From assembly GCA_964404075.1 (NCBI GenBank), contig CAYOIM010000003.1:1-37704 (forward strand): a stretch of 37,704 nucleotides of DNA. The letters are read 5' to 3'. Source of the DNA: an uncultured Bdellovibrionales bacterium. Its GTDB lineage: Bacteria > Patescibacteriota > Minisyncoccia > Moranbacterales > UBA1568. The translations under genes and the position numbers were made by a program. How positions within the stretch are numbered: position 1 is the stretch's first letter; each line of letters starts with the position of its first letter. The notes below the pieces were generated by a model, which saw nothing but the letters and a program-made list of their open reading frames with translations, was not told the origin of the DNA and ran no database searches. Below are positions 17,981 to 25,923 of this stretch, one piece after another.

Positions 17981-18009
17981 AGTATACGCCTGCCTCCACT
18001 CCTTGTAAA
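17981..18009 (-). promoter_or_regulatory. Putative promoter of the dksA/traR-like gene
   Basis: The minus strand reads TTTACA (18009..18004), a 17-nt spacer, then TATACT (17986..17981), followed by GGAAGGGA. The same TATACTGGAAGGGA block recurs at 25764..25777. Confidence 0.45.
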
Positions 18010-18132
18010 TGCGAGAAAGGGATGAAAAGGAAACTCATACGGGTTTGAGAACGCCCCATAGCGCAGATTCTTGCCCCGAATCGAGTAGGAAATGTCCGAA
18101 ACATCCTGAGAAACTCCATTCTTGCAATCATT

Positions 18133-18531
18133 TCACAAAAACACCCGCTCCAAATGCCGTATTTCGAGGATTTGTCCATGGAGGGAATCGAGGAATATGG
18201 CGATAACATCGAAATGATACGGCACCATCTCTTGCTTCTTCGTCTTCAGGTATGAAATGGCTATCTTCTCCAGCCGATGCAATTTCCGGCGATCCACACT
18301 CTCTTCGGGAAGCGGGGCGCCCTTCTCCCATTCCCGCGTCTTCACCTCGACGAAGACGATCTCGCCGTCATAAGAAGCGATGATATCAAGCTCGCCGAGT
18401 CTCCGCCCCTTGGTATTCGCATAATTCCGCTCCAATATGCGATACCCCTTCTTCCGGAGATACTCCGCCGCCGCCCGCTCACCGAAGCTCCCCGTATCCT
18501 TTCCCTGCTTTTTCCAAAAAAATAGATTCAT
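18133..18531 (-). CDS. yraN: YraN-family (UPF0102) endonuclease-like protein
   Basis: 132 aa. GERAAAEYLRKKGYRILERNY ... GELDIIA ... IVFVEVKTR is the family signature. Confidence 0.85.
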   Translation of the reverse strand: MNLFFWKKQGKDTGSFGERAAAEYLRKKGYRILERNYANTKGRRLGELDIIASYDGEIVFVEVKTREWEKGAPLPEESVDRRKLHRLEKIAISYLKTKKQEMVPYHFDVIAIFLDSLHGQILEIRHLERVFL

Positions 18532-18624
18532 GGACTCATTATATCAAAAACAAAATTCATTCGACACTACCCCGCAGAAAGTGCGGGATTTATTGCTTAT
18601 ACCTGCGCTAAAGCGCAGACAAGC

Positions 18625-19180
18625 AATAAAAAAACGGCCCAGCGGCCATTACATTATGATTCTTTCTCATCAAAATACGACACCCGATACATTCCTGGCA
18701 CCAATAAAGGCTGTTGGTGCCAGGCGCTACTTCTGCGCCCGTATATTATATATATTTGGCTGAGGGTAGCGCCCAGCGAGATGCGCCAACATGTATTTCG
18801 GTTATTTCGCTCCGGGTGAGAAGCAAGAATAATCCATGAGACACATGTATTTTGTGCGTATCTGTTATGAATCCTTTCGACTTTCGGATTCGCCTGTCTA
18901 CCGCTCTCTGGCACGAAGCCTTTTGGTTTCAAAGAACTGTTTTTTCTTTTTTTGTTTGTCTTGATCCACCGTATTTTACCGTGGGTGAATTTTTGTTTTT
19001 GTTTTGTGTCTCGCTTGTCGATAGCGAGCTGATTGAGGCAGATTCACCTCAAATCCTTCGAGCAGTAGAAGGGTACTGGCGGCAATGCCCTACATTCCCA
19101 TCAAAACCCTTCTACTCTAGGCACGGATTGTTAATGCACACCGATGTGAGGAATATCACAGAAACACCTCTCACACCTAC
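18625..19180 (-). ncRNA. Candidate large structured ncRNA of unknown class (ends approximate)
   Basis: A consensus promoter lies immediately upstream. The region has many 6-11 bp stems (for example agtagaagggt/acccttctact, gcaccaa/ttggtgc, ctcgct/agcgag) separated by A-rich linkers. A weak hairpin with a T7 run sits at 18650..18625. There is no convincing ORF. I could not fit it to RNase P, tmRNA, SRP or 6S RNA. Confidence 0.4.
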
Positions 19181-19186
19181 AGATTC

Positions 19187-19215
19187 ATTATAGCAGAAAA
19201 ATGGTCTCCAGTCAA
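19187..19215 (-). promoter_or_regulatory. Near-consensus sigma-70 promoter
   Basis: The minus strand reads TTGACT (19215..19210), exactly 17 nt, then TATAAT (19192..19187). It lies about 140 nt downstream of the preceding gene's stop and faces the gene-free region. Confidence 0.6.
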
Positions 19216-19354
19216 TCAGCTCAACGCATCAGAAAGAAGCGTCGTGCATAAGCCAAAAAGAATTTTCTGTTTTCCTCAAACCGATCCTTTTCCGTGCTCG
19301 CTTTTCCCTCGAATATTTAATGCATCACTTTTTCGTGGCTCATTCCGGGGAAAA

Positions 19355-20638
19355 TCAGAGCGCCGTTCCGAAGGTATCGAGTATCTTGCGGAAGGCATTG
19401 GCGCTCGTCCCGATGATCCAGTGTTTCTCGGTCAAGGTATAATCATTGGAGAGTCCGGTCGGTGCGATATTGAAATAACGGGTCGAATACGATCTGTAGG
19501 TACCACTCTTCCATGTCGGTGTCGCGATCTTCGTCACGGACGGATCGAGATAGAGCGCTTGCAGGGCGAATGGGAGAGCGGACTCCCCGCTCGTCATCGC
19601 CTTCGAGAGGAGCTCCTTATTCTTGATGGAGAGAGAGAGCCCGACACGCGCCACGCTCCCATCACTATAGAGATAGAGGGAGAATGACTCATCGATCTGA
19701 TCCATCACCGCCTGCGGAAACGACATCCCGAGGAGCTTCGCGAAACGGGCGAATGCCACCGGATTGTTATTCTTGTCCGTAATGAAAAACTCGACAGCGG
19801 CGTCGGTGATCCTGTTCTCTTCGAGCAACTGCTCCTTCGCCAAAAGCAGGGCTCTGAATTGCTCCGCCGTCACGGTCTCCACATCTATCGGGAGGTAATT
19901 TGGCGAAGAGAGGGTGAACGGTCCTTCCTTCTCCATTTGTGGCATATCAGCGGGGCTCTCAGGCAATGCCATATCCACAGTCGGCGGAGGAGACACCAGG
20001 GCAGTCGATGGTTTCTTCGCGACGAAGGTAAAATACGCGAAGGCGCCACCGGCAACGAGAGCGAGTACGAGAAGGATAACACCCACCATCAAAACATGAT
20101 GCTTCTTGTTTGCTCTCGCCGCTGGAGCATACACCGGGTCATCACTCCCGAGCGTCACATTTTCACTCACGAACGATGGCTTATTCTTGACCGGATCCGG
20201 CGCGAAAGTCACCGGCGCGAGCTTCGGGTCAAGACTGGAATACAGCTTGGTCAGAGGAGGCTTCGCCGGGGGTGGAGGCGGTGTTGGCAAGGCATCCAGG
20301 GCGAGCGGCGAGACACCTTCGGCTCCAGCCAAAGCGGTCCCTCCGTCTTTTTGCATGAAAGGACTCGACCCCCTCGGATCGGGAGTCGCATTACTCGTAT
20401 CGGTACTCGTCACGGTGATGGTCGAAGAAAGACCATTCTGATTGACCGGAGAGAGATTCTTCAATGCGGGGGCGGCGGAGAAGACGAACGGACTCGCACT
20501 CCCGCTCGCGACCACCGAACTCGCCTTCACGACCTGCGGTGTCGGCGTCTTGCCATCGAGATCGTCTTTCATGGTATGTACGGCGGCGAGGATTTCCTTC
20601 GGGAGAGAAGATGCTGATTTACTGCTGAACAAACCCAT
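19355..20638 (-). CDS. Hypothetical single-pass membrane protein
   Basis: 427 aa. The N-terminal ~190 aa are Ser/Pro/Ala-rich and low in complexity. One TM segment is present (VLMVGVILLVLALVAGGAFAYFTFV), followed by a ~210-aa C-terminal globular part. I recognise no motif. Confidence 0.7.
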   Translation of the reverse strand: MGLFSSKSASSLPKEILAAVHTMKDDLDGKTPTPQVVKASSVVASGSASPFVFSAAPALKNLSPVNQNGLSSTITVTSTDTSNATPDPRGSSPFMQKDGGTALAGAEGVSPLALDALPTPPPPPAKPPLTKLYSSLDPKLAPVTFAPDPVKNKPSFVSENVTLGSDDPVYAPAARANKKHHVLMVGVILLVLALVAGGAFAYFTFVAKKPSTALVSPPPTVDMALPESPADMPQMEKEGPFTLSSPNYLPIDVETVTAEQFRALLLAKEQLLEENRITDAAVEFFITDKNNNPVAFARFAKLLGMSFPQAVMDQIDESFSLYLYSDGSVARVGLSLSIKNKELLSKAMTSGESALPFALQALYLDPSVTKIATPTWKSGTYRSYSTRYFNIAPTGLSNDYTLTEKHWIIGTSANAFRKILDTFGTAL

Positions 20639-20664
20639 ACTCTTTTATTTTAACAGAGAAAACA

Positions 20665-20690
20665 AGAGGAGAAGCATCTGCCTCTCCTCT
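20665..20690 (-). terminator. Hairpin between pnp and the next gene (pnp terminator or leader structure)
   Basis: An 8-bp stem, agaggaga/tctcctct, is followed on the minus strand by tgttttctc. A TATAAT (20697..20692, minus strand) sits just upstream of it. Confidence 0.45.
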
Positions 20691-20729
20691 CATTATACCT
20701 CGCTTTCTTTTTTTGCAAAAGAGTCTGGG

Positions 20730-22859
20730 CTACTCGCTTCCCTTCCCGAGCGATGCCATACGAAGCGCCTGCTTATGGGAGAGATTGATACGACCCTGTG
20801 AATCGATTTCCTTCACGATGACCGGAACGATATCGCCGACATGCACCACATCTTCTACATTCTCCACACGATGATCGGCGAGCTCGGAGATATGGATGAG
20901 ACCCTCCTGATTCGGGAGTACCTCCGCGAATGCGCCGAAATTCATGATACGGGTGATGCGACCCTGAAACAACTCTCCTGCCTTCACCTCGCGAGTAATG
21001 TTGAGCACCCACTCCACGGCTTTCTTCGCGCTCGTCTCGTCCGTCGAAGTGATGAAAACCGACCCGTCGTCCTCGATATCGATCGCGACGCCCGTCTCGT
21101 CGATGATCTGATTGATCATCTTGCCCCCCGGTCCGATGACATCGCGGATCTTCTCTGGATTGATATGGAGCGTGATGATGCGCGGCGCATATGGCGACAT
21201 CTCCTTGCGCGGTTCCGGAATGACCGCGAGCATCTTCTCCAGGATTTCCATACGGGCGACCTTCGCCTGCCCGATGGCGATGGCGAGCATTTCCGGGGTC
21301 AACCCATCGATCTTCACATCCATCTGCATCGCCGTGATGCCATCTTTGGTACCAGCCACCTTGAAATCCATATCCCCATAGTGATCCTCGAGTCCCTGGA
21401 TATCCGTCAATACCTTGTACTCGCCATTCTCACCGGTCATAACGCCCATCGCGATACCAGAAACCGGCTTCTTGATCGGCACGCCCGCATCCATGAGGGA
21501 CAGCGTCGATCCGCAGGTCGAAGCCATCGAAGAAGAACCATTAGAAGCGAGCACTTCGGAAACCACAATGATCGTATACGGGAAATCGTCCTTGCTCGGC
21601 AGAACCGGAAGGAGCGCCTTCTCCGCAAGCATCCCATGCCCCACTTCGCGCCTTCCCGGTCCGCGCATCGGCTTCACCTCGCCCACAGAATATGGCGGAA
21701 AATTATAGAAATGCATGTACCGCTTCTTCATATCGACTTCCATGGTATCGACGATCATTTCATCTCCCGGAGCGCCGAGCGTCGTCACAGTCAGAGCCTG
21801 CGTCTCCCCGCGGGTGAAAAGCCCCGTGCCATGCGTCCTCGGGAGCACGCCGGTCTTGCACCAGATCGGACGAATTTCCGTCAGTGCGCGACCATCTGGA
21901 CGGATATCGCGACGGAGGATATTCTCATGCACGATCTCATCCGACACCTCATCAAAGATCAAAGCGAGCAGGTCTTTCGCATTTTTCTCATCCGGATATT
22001 TCTCCGCAACGAAGAGCGCGAGTTTTTCGCTGATGGCGGCCATCGCCTCCTCGCCCGCTTGCTTGGGACGGACATAGATCGCTTTCGAGAGCTCACTTTC
22101 GGCGAGAAACCGCTTGACATCAGCCTCGAAGGCAGGTGAACCGGAAAGGAGCGTGGCTATTCGCTTCTCTTTCCCGATTTCAACACGAATCGTATCGACA
22201 AATGTCGCGATTTTTTTCATCGCTTCGAATCCGAATGCGAATGCCTCCACCATTTTCTCTTCCGTGATCTCACTCGCACCCGCTTCGATCATATTGATCT
22301 TCGCCTTCGTTCCAGAGAGCAAGAGATCGAGTGTCCCGATTGCCCTCTCCTCGGTCGTCGGATTGAGGACGAAAGCGCCATTCGCATCCAAGCCCACGCG
22401 CACCGCACCGATCGGTCCGTCCCAGGGAATATCGGAGATAGCGAGCGCGGCTGAGGCGGCATTCATCGCGACGAGATCCGGGTCATTCTCCCCGTCGAAG
22501 GACAGTACGGTGGTGATCACCTGCACATCGTTTCGCATGCGCGCATTGAAGAGCGGGCGAATCGTCCGATCCACCGCACGCCCGGAGAGCACGGCATCAT
22601 CGCTCGGGCGACCCTCGCGCTTCATGAATCGCGATCCCTTGATCTTCCCCGCGGCATAATACCGCTCTTCATAATCCACCATGAGAGGAAAATACCCCAT
22701 CACATTGGAAGGTCGCTTGCTCATCACCGCCGTCGCGAGGACGACCGTATCGCCGTATCGTACGGTAACCGATCCACCTGCCTGACCCGCGAGGAGTCCG
22801 GTCGCTACCGAAAGTTCACGCCCTCCGAGCTGGAGGGACCACTTCTTTTCTTCTGACAT
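20730..22859 (-). CDS. pnp: Polyribonucleotide nucleotidyltransferase (PNPase)
   Basis: 709 aa. It has two RNase PH domains, a KH domain (IRDVIGPGGKMINQI) and a C-terminal S1 domain (GELFQGRITRIMNFGAFAEV). Confidence 0.95.
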   Translation of the reverse strand: MSEEKKWSLQLGGRELSVATGLLAGQAGGSVTVRYGDTVVLATAVMSKRPSNVMGYFPLMVDYEERYYAAGKIKGSRFMKREGRPSDDAVLSGRAVDRTIRPLFNARMRNDVQVITTVLSFDGENDPDLVAMNAASAALAISDIPWDGPIGAVRVGLDANGAFVLNPTTEERAIGTLDLLLSGTKAKINMIEAGASEITEEKMVEAFAFGFEAMKKIATFVDTIRVEIGKEKRIATLLSGSPAFEADVKRFLAESELSKAIYVRPKQAGEEAMAAISEKLALFVAEKYPDEKNAKDLLALIFDEVSDEIVHENILRRDIRPDGRALTEIRPIWCKTGVLPRTHGTGLFTRGETQALTVTTLGAPGDEMIVDTMEVDMKKRYMHFYNFPPYSVGEVKPMRGPGRREVGHGMLAEKALLPVLPSKDDFPYTIIVVSEVLASNGSSSMASTCGSTLSLMDAGVPIKKPVSGIAMGVMTGENGEYKVLTDIQGLEDHYGDMDFKVAGTKDGITAMQMDVKIDGLTPEMLAIAIGQAKVARMEILEKMLAVIPEPRKEMSPYAPRIITLHINPEKIRDVIGPGGKMINQIIDETGVAIDIEDDGSVFITSTDETSAKKAVEWVLNITREVKAGELFQGRITRIMNFGAFAEVLPNQEGLIHISELADHRVENVEDVVHVGDIVPVIVKEIDSQGRINLSHKQALRMASLGKGSE

Positions 22860-22994
22860 AGTGCTTCCTGGCCGCGGAAGTTGTCGCCAGACACATTCAT
22901 GAGCTCAAACATTGAGTTCATTCGAGTGCCAAGTGACCCTTTCCCAAGCCAAATTATTACTTATTCACTCCTTCTACACTACGACATTCGAACC

Positions 22995-23022
22995 GAAATG
23001 TCAAAAAATGGCTTGACATTTC
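22995..23022. promoter_or_regulatory. Operator-like inverted repeat overlapping the -35 box of the first winged-helix gene
   Basis: GAAATGTCAA, 8 nt, then TTGACATTTC forms a 10/10 inverted repeat. A third half-site, GACATT, lies at 22983-22988. Confidence 0.45.
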
Positions 23023-23042
23023 ACTCTTTTCTTCCCTACACT
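23013..23042 (+). promoter_or_regulatory. Putative promoter of the 23089 gene
   Basis: TTGACA (23013-23018), an 18-nt spacer, then TACACT (23037-23042). Positions 23028-23067 are 40/40 identical to 24488-24527. Confidence 0.5.
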
Positions 23043-23088
23043 CTCATCAACTTCAGAAACTTAACAACTTCTCTCCAGGGAGACTTCC

Positions 23089-24405
23089 ATGTCAGAGCTC
23101 ATCGCCATCACAGGGAAAGCAGGACTTCCTCTTATCGCCGCGTCTCATAAATTACTACGATCATTCCAACCCACGGCCGCCATACATTTCCAACGCTATA
23201 TCCATGGTGCAAATGGAAACGCCCCCGTCATCCAGCACGATTCAACGGTCATCCTCGATGCGCGAGCGTTCGAAGGTGGTGGCGATGGTATCCCGAAGAT
23301 GCGCGACTACATACAAGACATCCGCAAGAAACATGCCAATGGATCGAATCCGCATATTCTCTGCTTACGATTCGATACGCATGATGCGAGCATTGAGAAA
23401 AATGATATGAGGGCGGGAGCTACAGCCACTCTGTTCTATATGGGAAACATACCTGATGCGACGCGTCGGATGAATACCTTTATTGAGACAGGGAAGCTCC
23501 CGTCGCCAAGACAGGGCAGAACTGTGACGATGGCAAACATCCCTTCTCTCTTCCTCCATGGAACTGATGGCATAGATGAAGATGACGGTATCAACAGAAT
23601 AGATGAGCCTGTGTCGAAGAAATCACTCTCAAAAGCACCATCCGAAAGCAGGGTCATTCGTGCAAAAAGCTCGGTGACCAAACCAAAAGTTACACCAGTA
23701 TTGGTGCCAAAAGAATCAATGCCGATAATACCTCCAGTGACACCAATCCCCACAACCGAAAATGACCTCGGAGAAGAAGACATGAGTACACTCCTCACCG
23801 CGCTTGAAACCCTTATCAGGCAAAATGCCCAGATCCTCGCCGCCCTCGAAAACATACGGGATGGTGTAAACGGTCTTCGTACCGAAAAAGAAGGTGCGCT
23901 GCTCGCGCAGGCACAAGAAAAGGTCATTGTTACGGTGGAATCCGTGCTTGCTCAACTGCGAGGGAATGGCGAAGCGCGTCCTACAGTGATGACAACATCA
24001 ACCGACGCTATCGCCAGCCCTACCACTACAATCACACCATCCGCCGAAACGAAAGAAGTGCCGGTATCAATGCCAGAGAAAGATCCTCCAATCGCCACTC
24101 TAGCGAAAGGGAAGCCTTTCATGACCGATGTATCCCTCTTCGGAAAGACCATATCACTGAGGCACCTTTCCGCCGATCTCTTCGCTCATTTGGTCAATAC
24201 AGGGGAAACCCTGGGATCAGCCGATGTCGCTTCCATGTATGAAATCGGTTACCAAGGTAGCTATTCCCGCATAAGAAACCTCCTCGACGATCTAGATGCA
24301 TTTCGGAAAGGACTCTCTTCGTGTCTGATATGCGTTCAATCCGGAAACTCGAAGAGGTATCGCTTCGATATTGATGCCTTCCGTAAGGCATTCAATATCA
24401 AGTGA
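23089..24405 (+). CDS. Hypothetical regulator with a coiled-coil and a C-terminal OmpR/PhoB-like winged-helix domain; possible degenerate receiver-like N-terminus
   Basis: 438 aa. The C-terminus (LFGKTISLRHLSADLFAHLV ... YSRIRNLLDDLDAFRK ... RYRFDIDAFRKAFNIK) follows the trans_reg_C pattern. It is paralogous to the C-terminus of the next gene. The N-terminal VILDARAF ... ILCLRFDTHD ... AGATATLF loosely resembles a receiver domain that lacks the acidic pocket. A GGAG Shine-Dalgarno sequence is present. Confidence 0.7.
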   Translation: MSELIAITGKAGLPLIAASHKLLRSFQPTAAIHFQRYIHGANGNAPVIQHDSTVILDARAFEGGGDGIPKMRDYIQDIRKKHANGSNPHILCLRFDTHDASIEKNDMRAGATATLFYMGNIPDATRRMNTFIETGKLPSPRQGRTVTMANIPSLFLHGTDGIDEDDGINRIDEPVSKKSLSKAPSESRVIRAKSSVTKPKVTPVLVPKESMPIIPPVTPIPTTENDLGEEDMSTLLTALETLIRQNAQILAALENIRDGVNGLRTEKEGALLAQAQEKVIVTVESVLAQLRGNGEARPTVMTTSTDAIASPTTTITPSAETKEVPVSMPEKDPPIATLAKGKPFMTDVSLFGKTISLRHLSADLFAHLVNTGETLGSADVASMYEIGYQGSYSRIRNLLDDLDAFRKGLSSCLICVQSGNSKRYRFDIDAFRKAFNIK

Positions 24406-24421
24406 ATCTCCAGTCAACAAA

Positions 24422-24455
24422 AGCCGTCCTGGCATCCTCAGGACGGCTCTTTTTT
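24422..24455 (+). terminator. Intrinsic terminator
   Basis: agccgtcctg-gcatcct-caggacggct followed by cttttttt. Confidence 0.8.
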
Positions 24456-24473
24456 ACCCATTCGATTGGTTAT

Positions 24474-24502
24474 TGACAACTATTCCCTTTCTTCCCTACA
24501 CT
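24474..24502 (+). promoter_or_regulatory. Putative promoter of the 24562 gene (duplicate of the 23013 promoter)
   Basis: TTGACA (24474-24479), a 17-nt spacer, then TACACT (24497-24502). It is embedded in the 40-nt block identical to 23028-23067. Confidence 0.5.
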
Positions 24503-24561
24503 CTCATCAACTTCAGAAACTTAACAATAGACTCAAACTCAAATCTCACAAGGAGACTCCA

Positions 24562-25119
24562 ATGCCAATTCAAAGAAAATCAGTTGTCTCAAAAACGGGG
24601 CTTCTACAGCAAATGTCCGAGGAAATCGGAGCCCTACAAGCTCTCGTCATAGACCTCACCAGGGAACTGACAATGATGCGTTTAGGAATGGAGCGACTTG
24701 CCGCTCGGGTATATGAGCTGGAGAGAGGAGCAAGTGACAAACCAGACGCCACTCTAACGGTGACTGTTCCATCAGACATACAGTGCTTAAAGGTACCAGG
24801 CGGCGTCATCCTCTACGGAAAAAAGATTCCCCTCAATAAAGATACCGCGGATGTTCTCTACCATCTCGTGTGCCAAAACGACTCCGTCTCGAAAGAGCGC
24901 CTCGCTACACTCTGTACACCGCAGAATCAACTAAACAAAGGGGAGCGCATCCTACCAGGATCCCTGTATCAGCGTTTGAGGCGACTCAAAACAGCCCTCA
25001 ATGCCTACCATGCGAACCTCGGAGAATGCCTCGTTTCTGTAAAAAAAAGCACGAAGGGGACACCGAACGATTACTCCTTCGATGCAGAGAGGTTCCGCGC
25101 CATTCTCGGCATCAAGTAG
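24562..25119 (+). CDS. Hypothetical coiled-coil protein with a C-terminal OmpR/PhoB-like winged-helix domain (short paralog)
   Basis: 185 aa. The ATG at 24562 is preceded by caaGGAGactcca, parallel to cagGGAGacttcc of the first gene. The C-terminus (LYGKKIPLNKDTADVLYHLVCQNDSVSKERL ... LYQRLRRLKTAL ... YSFDAERFRAILGIK) fits the winged-helix pattern. Confidence 0.7.
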   Translation: MPIQRKSVVSKTGLLQQMSEEIGALQALVIDLTRELTMMRLGMERLAARVYELERGASDKPDATLTVTVPSDIQCLKVPGGVILYGKKIPLNKDTADVLYHLVCQNDSVSKERLATLCTPQNQLNKGERILPGSLYQRLRRLKTALNAYHANLGECLVSVKKSTKGTPNDYSFDAERFRAILGIK

Positions 25120-25133
25120 ACTTCAACAACAAA

Positions 25134-25169
25134 AACCGCCCCAATACACCGGGACGGTTCTTTTTTTTC
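25134..25169 (+). terminator. Intrinsic terminator
   Basis: aaccgcccc-aatacacc-gggacggtt (one mismatch) followed by cttttttttc. Its context resembles the 24422 terminator. Confidence 0.65.
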
Positions 25170-25177
25170 TGTTTCAA

Positions 25178-25211
25178 GGAGGCTCAACCTCCTATAGGAG
25201 GTTGAGCCTCC
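25178..25211. repeat. Perfect 34-nt palindrome between convergent genes
   Basis: ggaggctcaacctcctataggaggttgagcctcc has 16-bp arms around a central at. No U-run follows on either strand. Confidence 0.8.
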
Positions 25212-25234
25212 AAAGAATAAGGGATGAACCTTTT

Positions 25235-25735
25235 TTACGCGATGAGAAATCGTTTCTTGTTCTCCGAGAGATTCGTGTACTTATCCGCCGCCTCGATGAC
25301 CTTCCCATTCGTGGACTCCTGGAACGCCATGACCTCCACCCGACAGCCGAAAGTATTCTGGAGGTACTGCATGAGCGGGATATAGTCCCCGTCACCGGAG
25401 ACGAGCACGATCACATCGAGTTTCGACGCCATCTTGATCGCATCCACCGCGATCCCCACATCCCAATCTCCCTTCTTCGATCCATCGGGAAACACTTGGA
25501 GATCCTTCGTCTTCACCTCATAGCCGCTCTTCTGGAGTGCCTCGAAGAATTTCTCCTCCGTCTGCTCGGGCGTCTTCACTCCGTACGCGAACGCGCGGAT
25601 GAGCTTCCGATCGCCCACCCCCTCCTCGAGTACCGCCTTAAAATTCACCTTTTTCTTGTGGATGATGCGCCCGCTGTAATACATATTCTGTATATCGACG
25701 AGCACCCCCACCCGCTGATCCGAAAATCCGATCAT
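25235..25735 (-). CDS. NYN-domain (LabA-like) predicted RNase
   Basis: RVGVLVDIQNMYY at the N-terminus and VIVLVSGDGDYIPLMQYL match the NYN/LabA signature. Start set at the ATG at 25735, because a promoter-like -10 box at 25777..25772 lies inside the longer ORF version (25822). Confidence 0.75.
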   Translation of the reverse strand: MIGFSDQRVGVLVDIQNMYYSGRIIHKKKVNFKAVLEEGVGDRKLIRAFAYGVKTPEQTEEKFFEALQKSGYEVKTKDLQVFPDGSKKGDWDVGIAVDAIKMASKLDVIVLVSGDGDYIPLMQYLQNTFGCRVEVMAFQESTNGKVIEAADKYTNLSENKKRFLIA

Positions 25736-25771
25736 ATATTTTTCGAATAACCGATAAAAACCATCCCTTCC

Positions 25772-25799
25772 AGTATACACCACGGCAGTGGTTTGGAAA
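25772..25799 (-). promoter_or_regulatory. Putative promoter of the NYN gene
   Basis: The minus strand reads TTTCCA (25799..25794), a 16-nt spacer, then TATACT (25777..25772), followed by GGAAGGGA. Confidence 0.35.
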
Positions 25800-25878
25800 C
25801 TACGCTGTCTTCTCCGGATCATGCTTATCTATATCAGATCCATCATGTCCATTTTTCTTCAAAAAAATATCCCTATAA

Positions 25879-25910
25879 ATCTACAACAGTAGAAATCTTA
25901 TAGGCACATT
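25879..25910 (-). CRISPR. Orphan Cas12a-type (type V-A) CRISPR direct repeat, copy 1
   Basis: The minus strand reads AATGTGCCTATAAGATTTCTACTGTTGTAGAT. The 3' 17 nt, TTTCTACTGTTGTAGAT, equal the canonical Cas12a crRNA handle (stem TCTAC/GTAGA, loop TGTT). It matches copy 2 at 31 of 32 positions. Confidence 0.75.
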
Positions 25911-25923
25911 CGACTTCATAATT

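Noticed and set aside
18654-18932. A 92-aa minus-strand ORF inside the gene-free region.
   Set aside because: It has a TTG start without a ribosome site, and its composition is Trp/Cys/His/Arg-rich and random-looking. It runs through multiple strong hairpins. The region is better explained as RNA.
18560-19215. Assignment of the structured region to RNase P RNA, tmRNA, SRP RNA or 6S RNA.
   Set aside because: Only short look-alike strings are present (CAGAGAGC, CACCCGGAGCGAA, GGTGCCAGGAATGTA). I could not find the P4 strands of RNase P, the GGGG...UUCGAC 5' end or T-arm/ACCA 3' end of tmRNA, or the GGAA-capped SRP helix 8. A covariance-model scan is needed before naming it.
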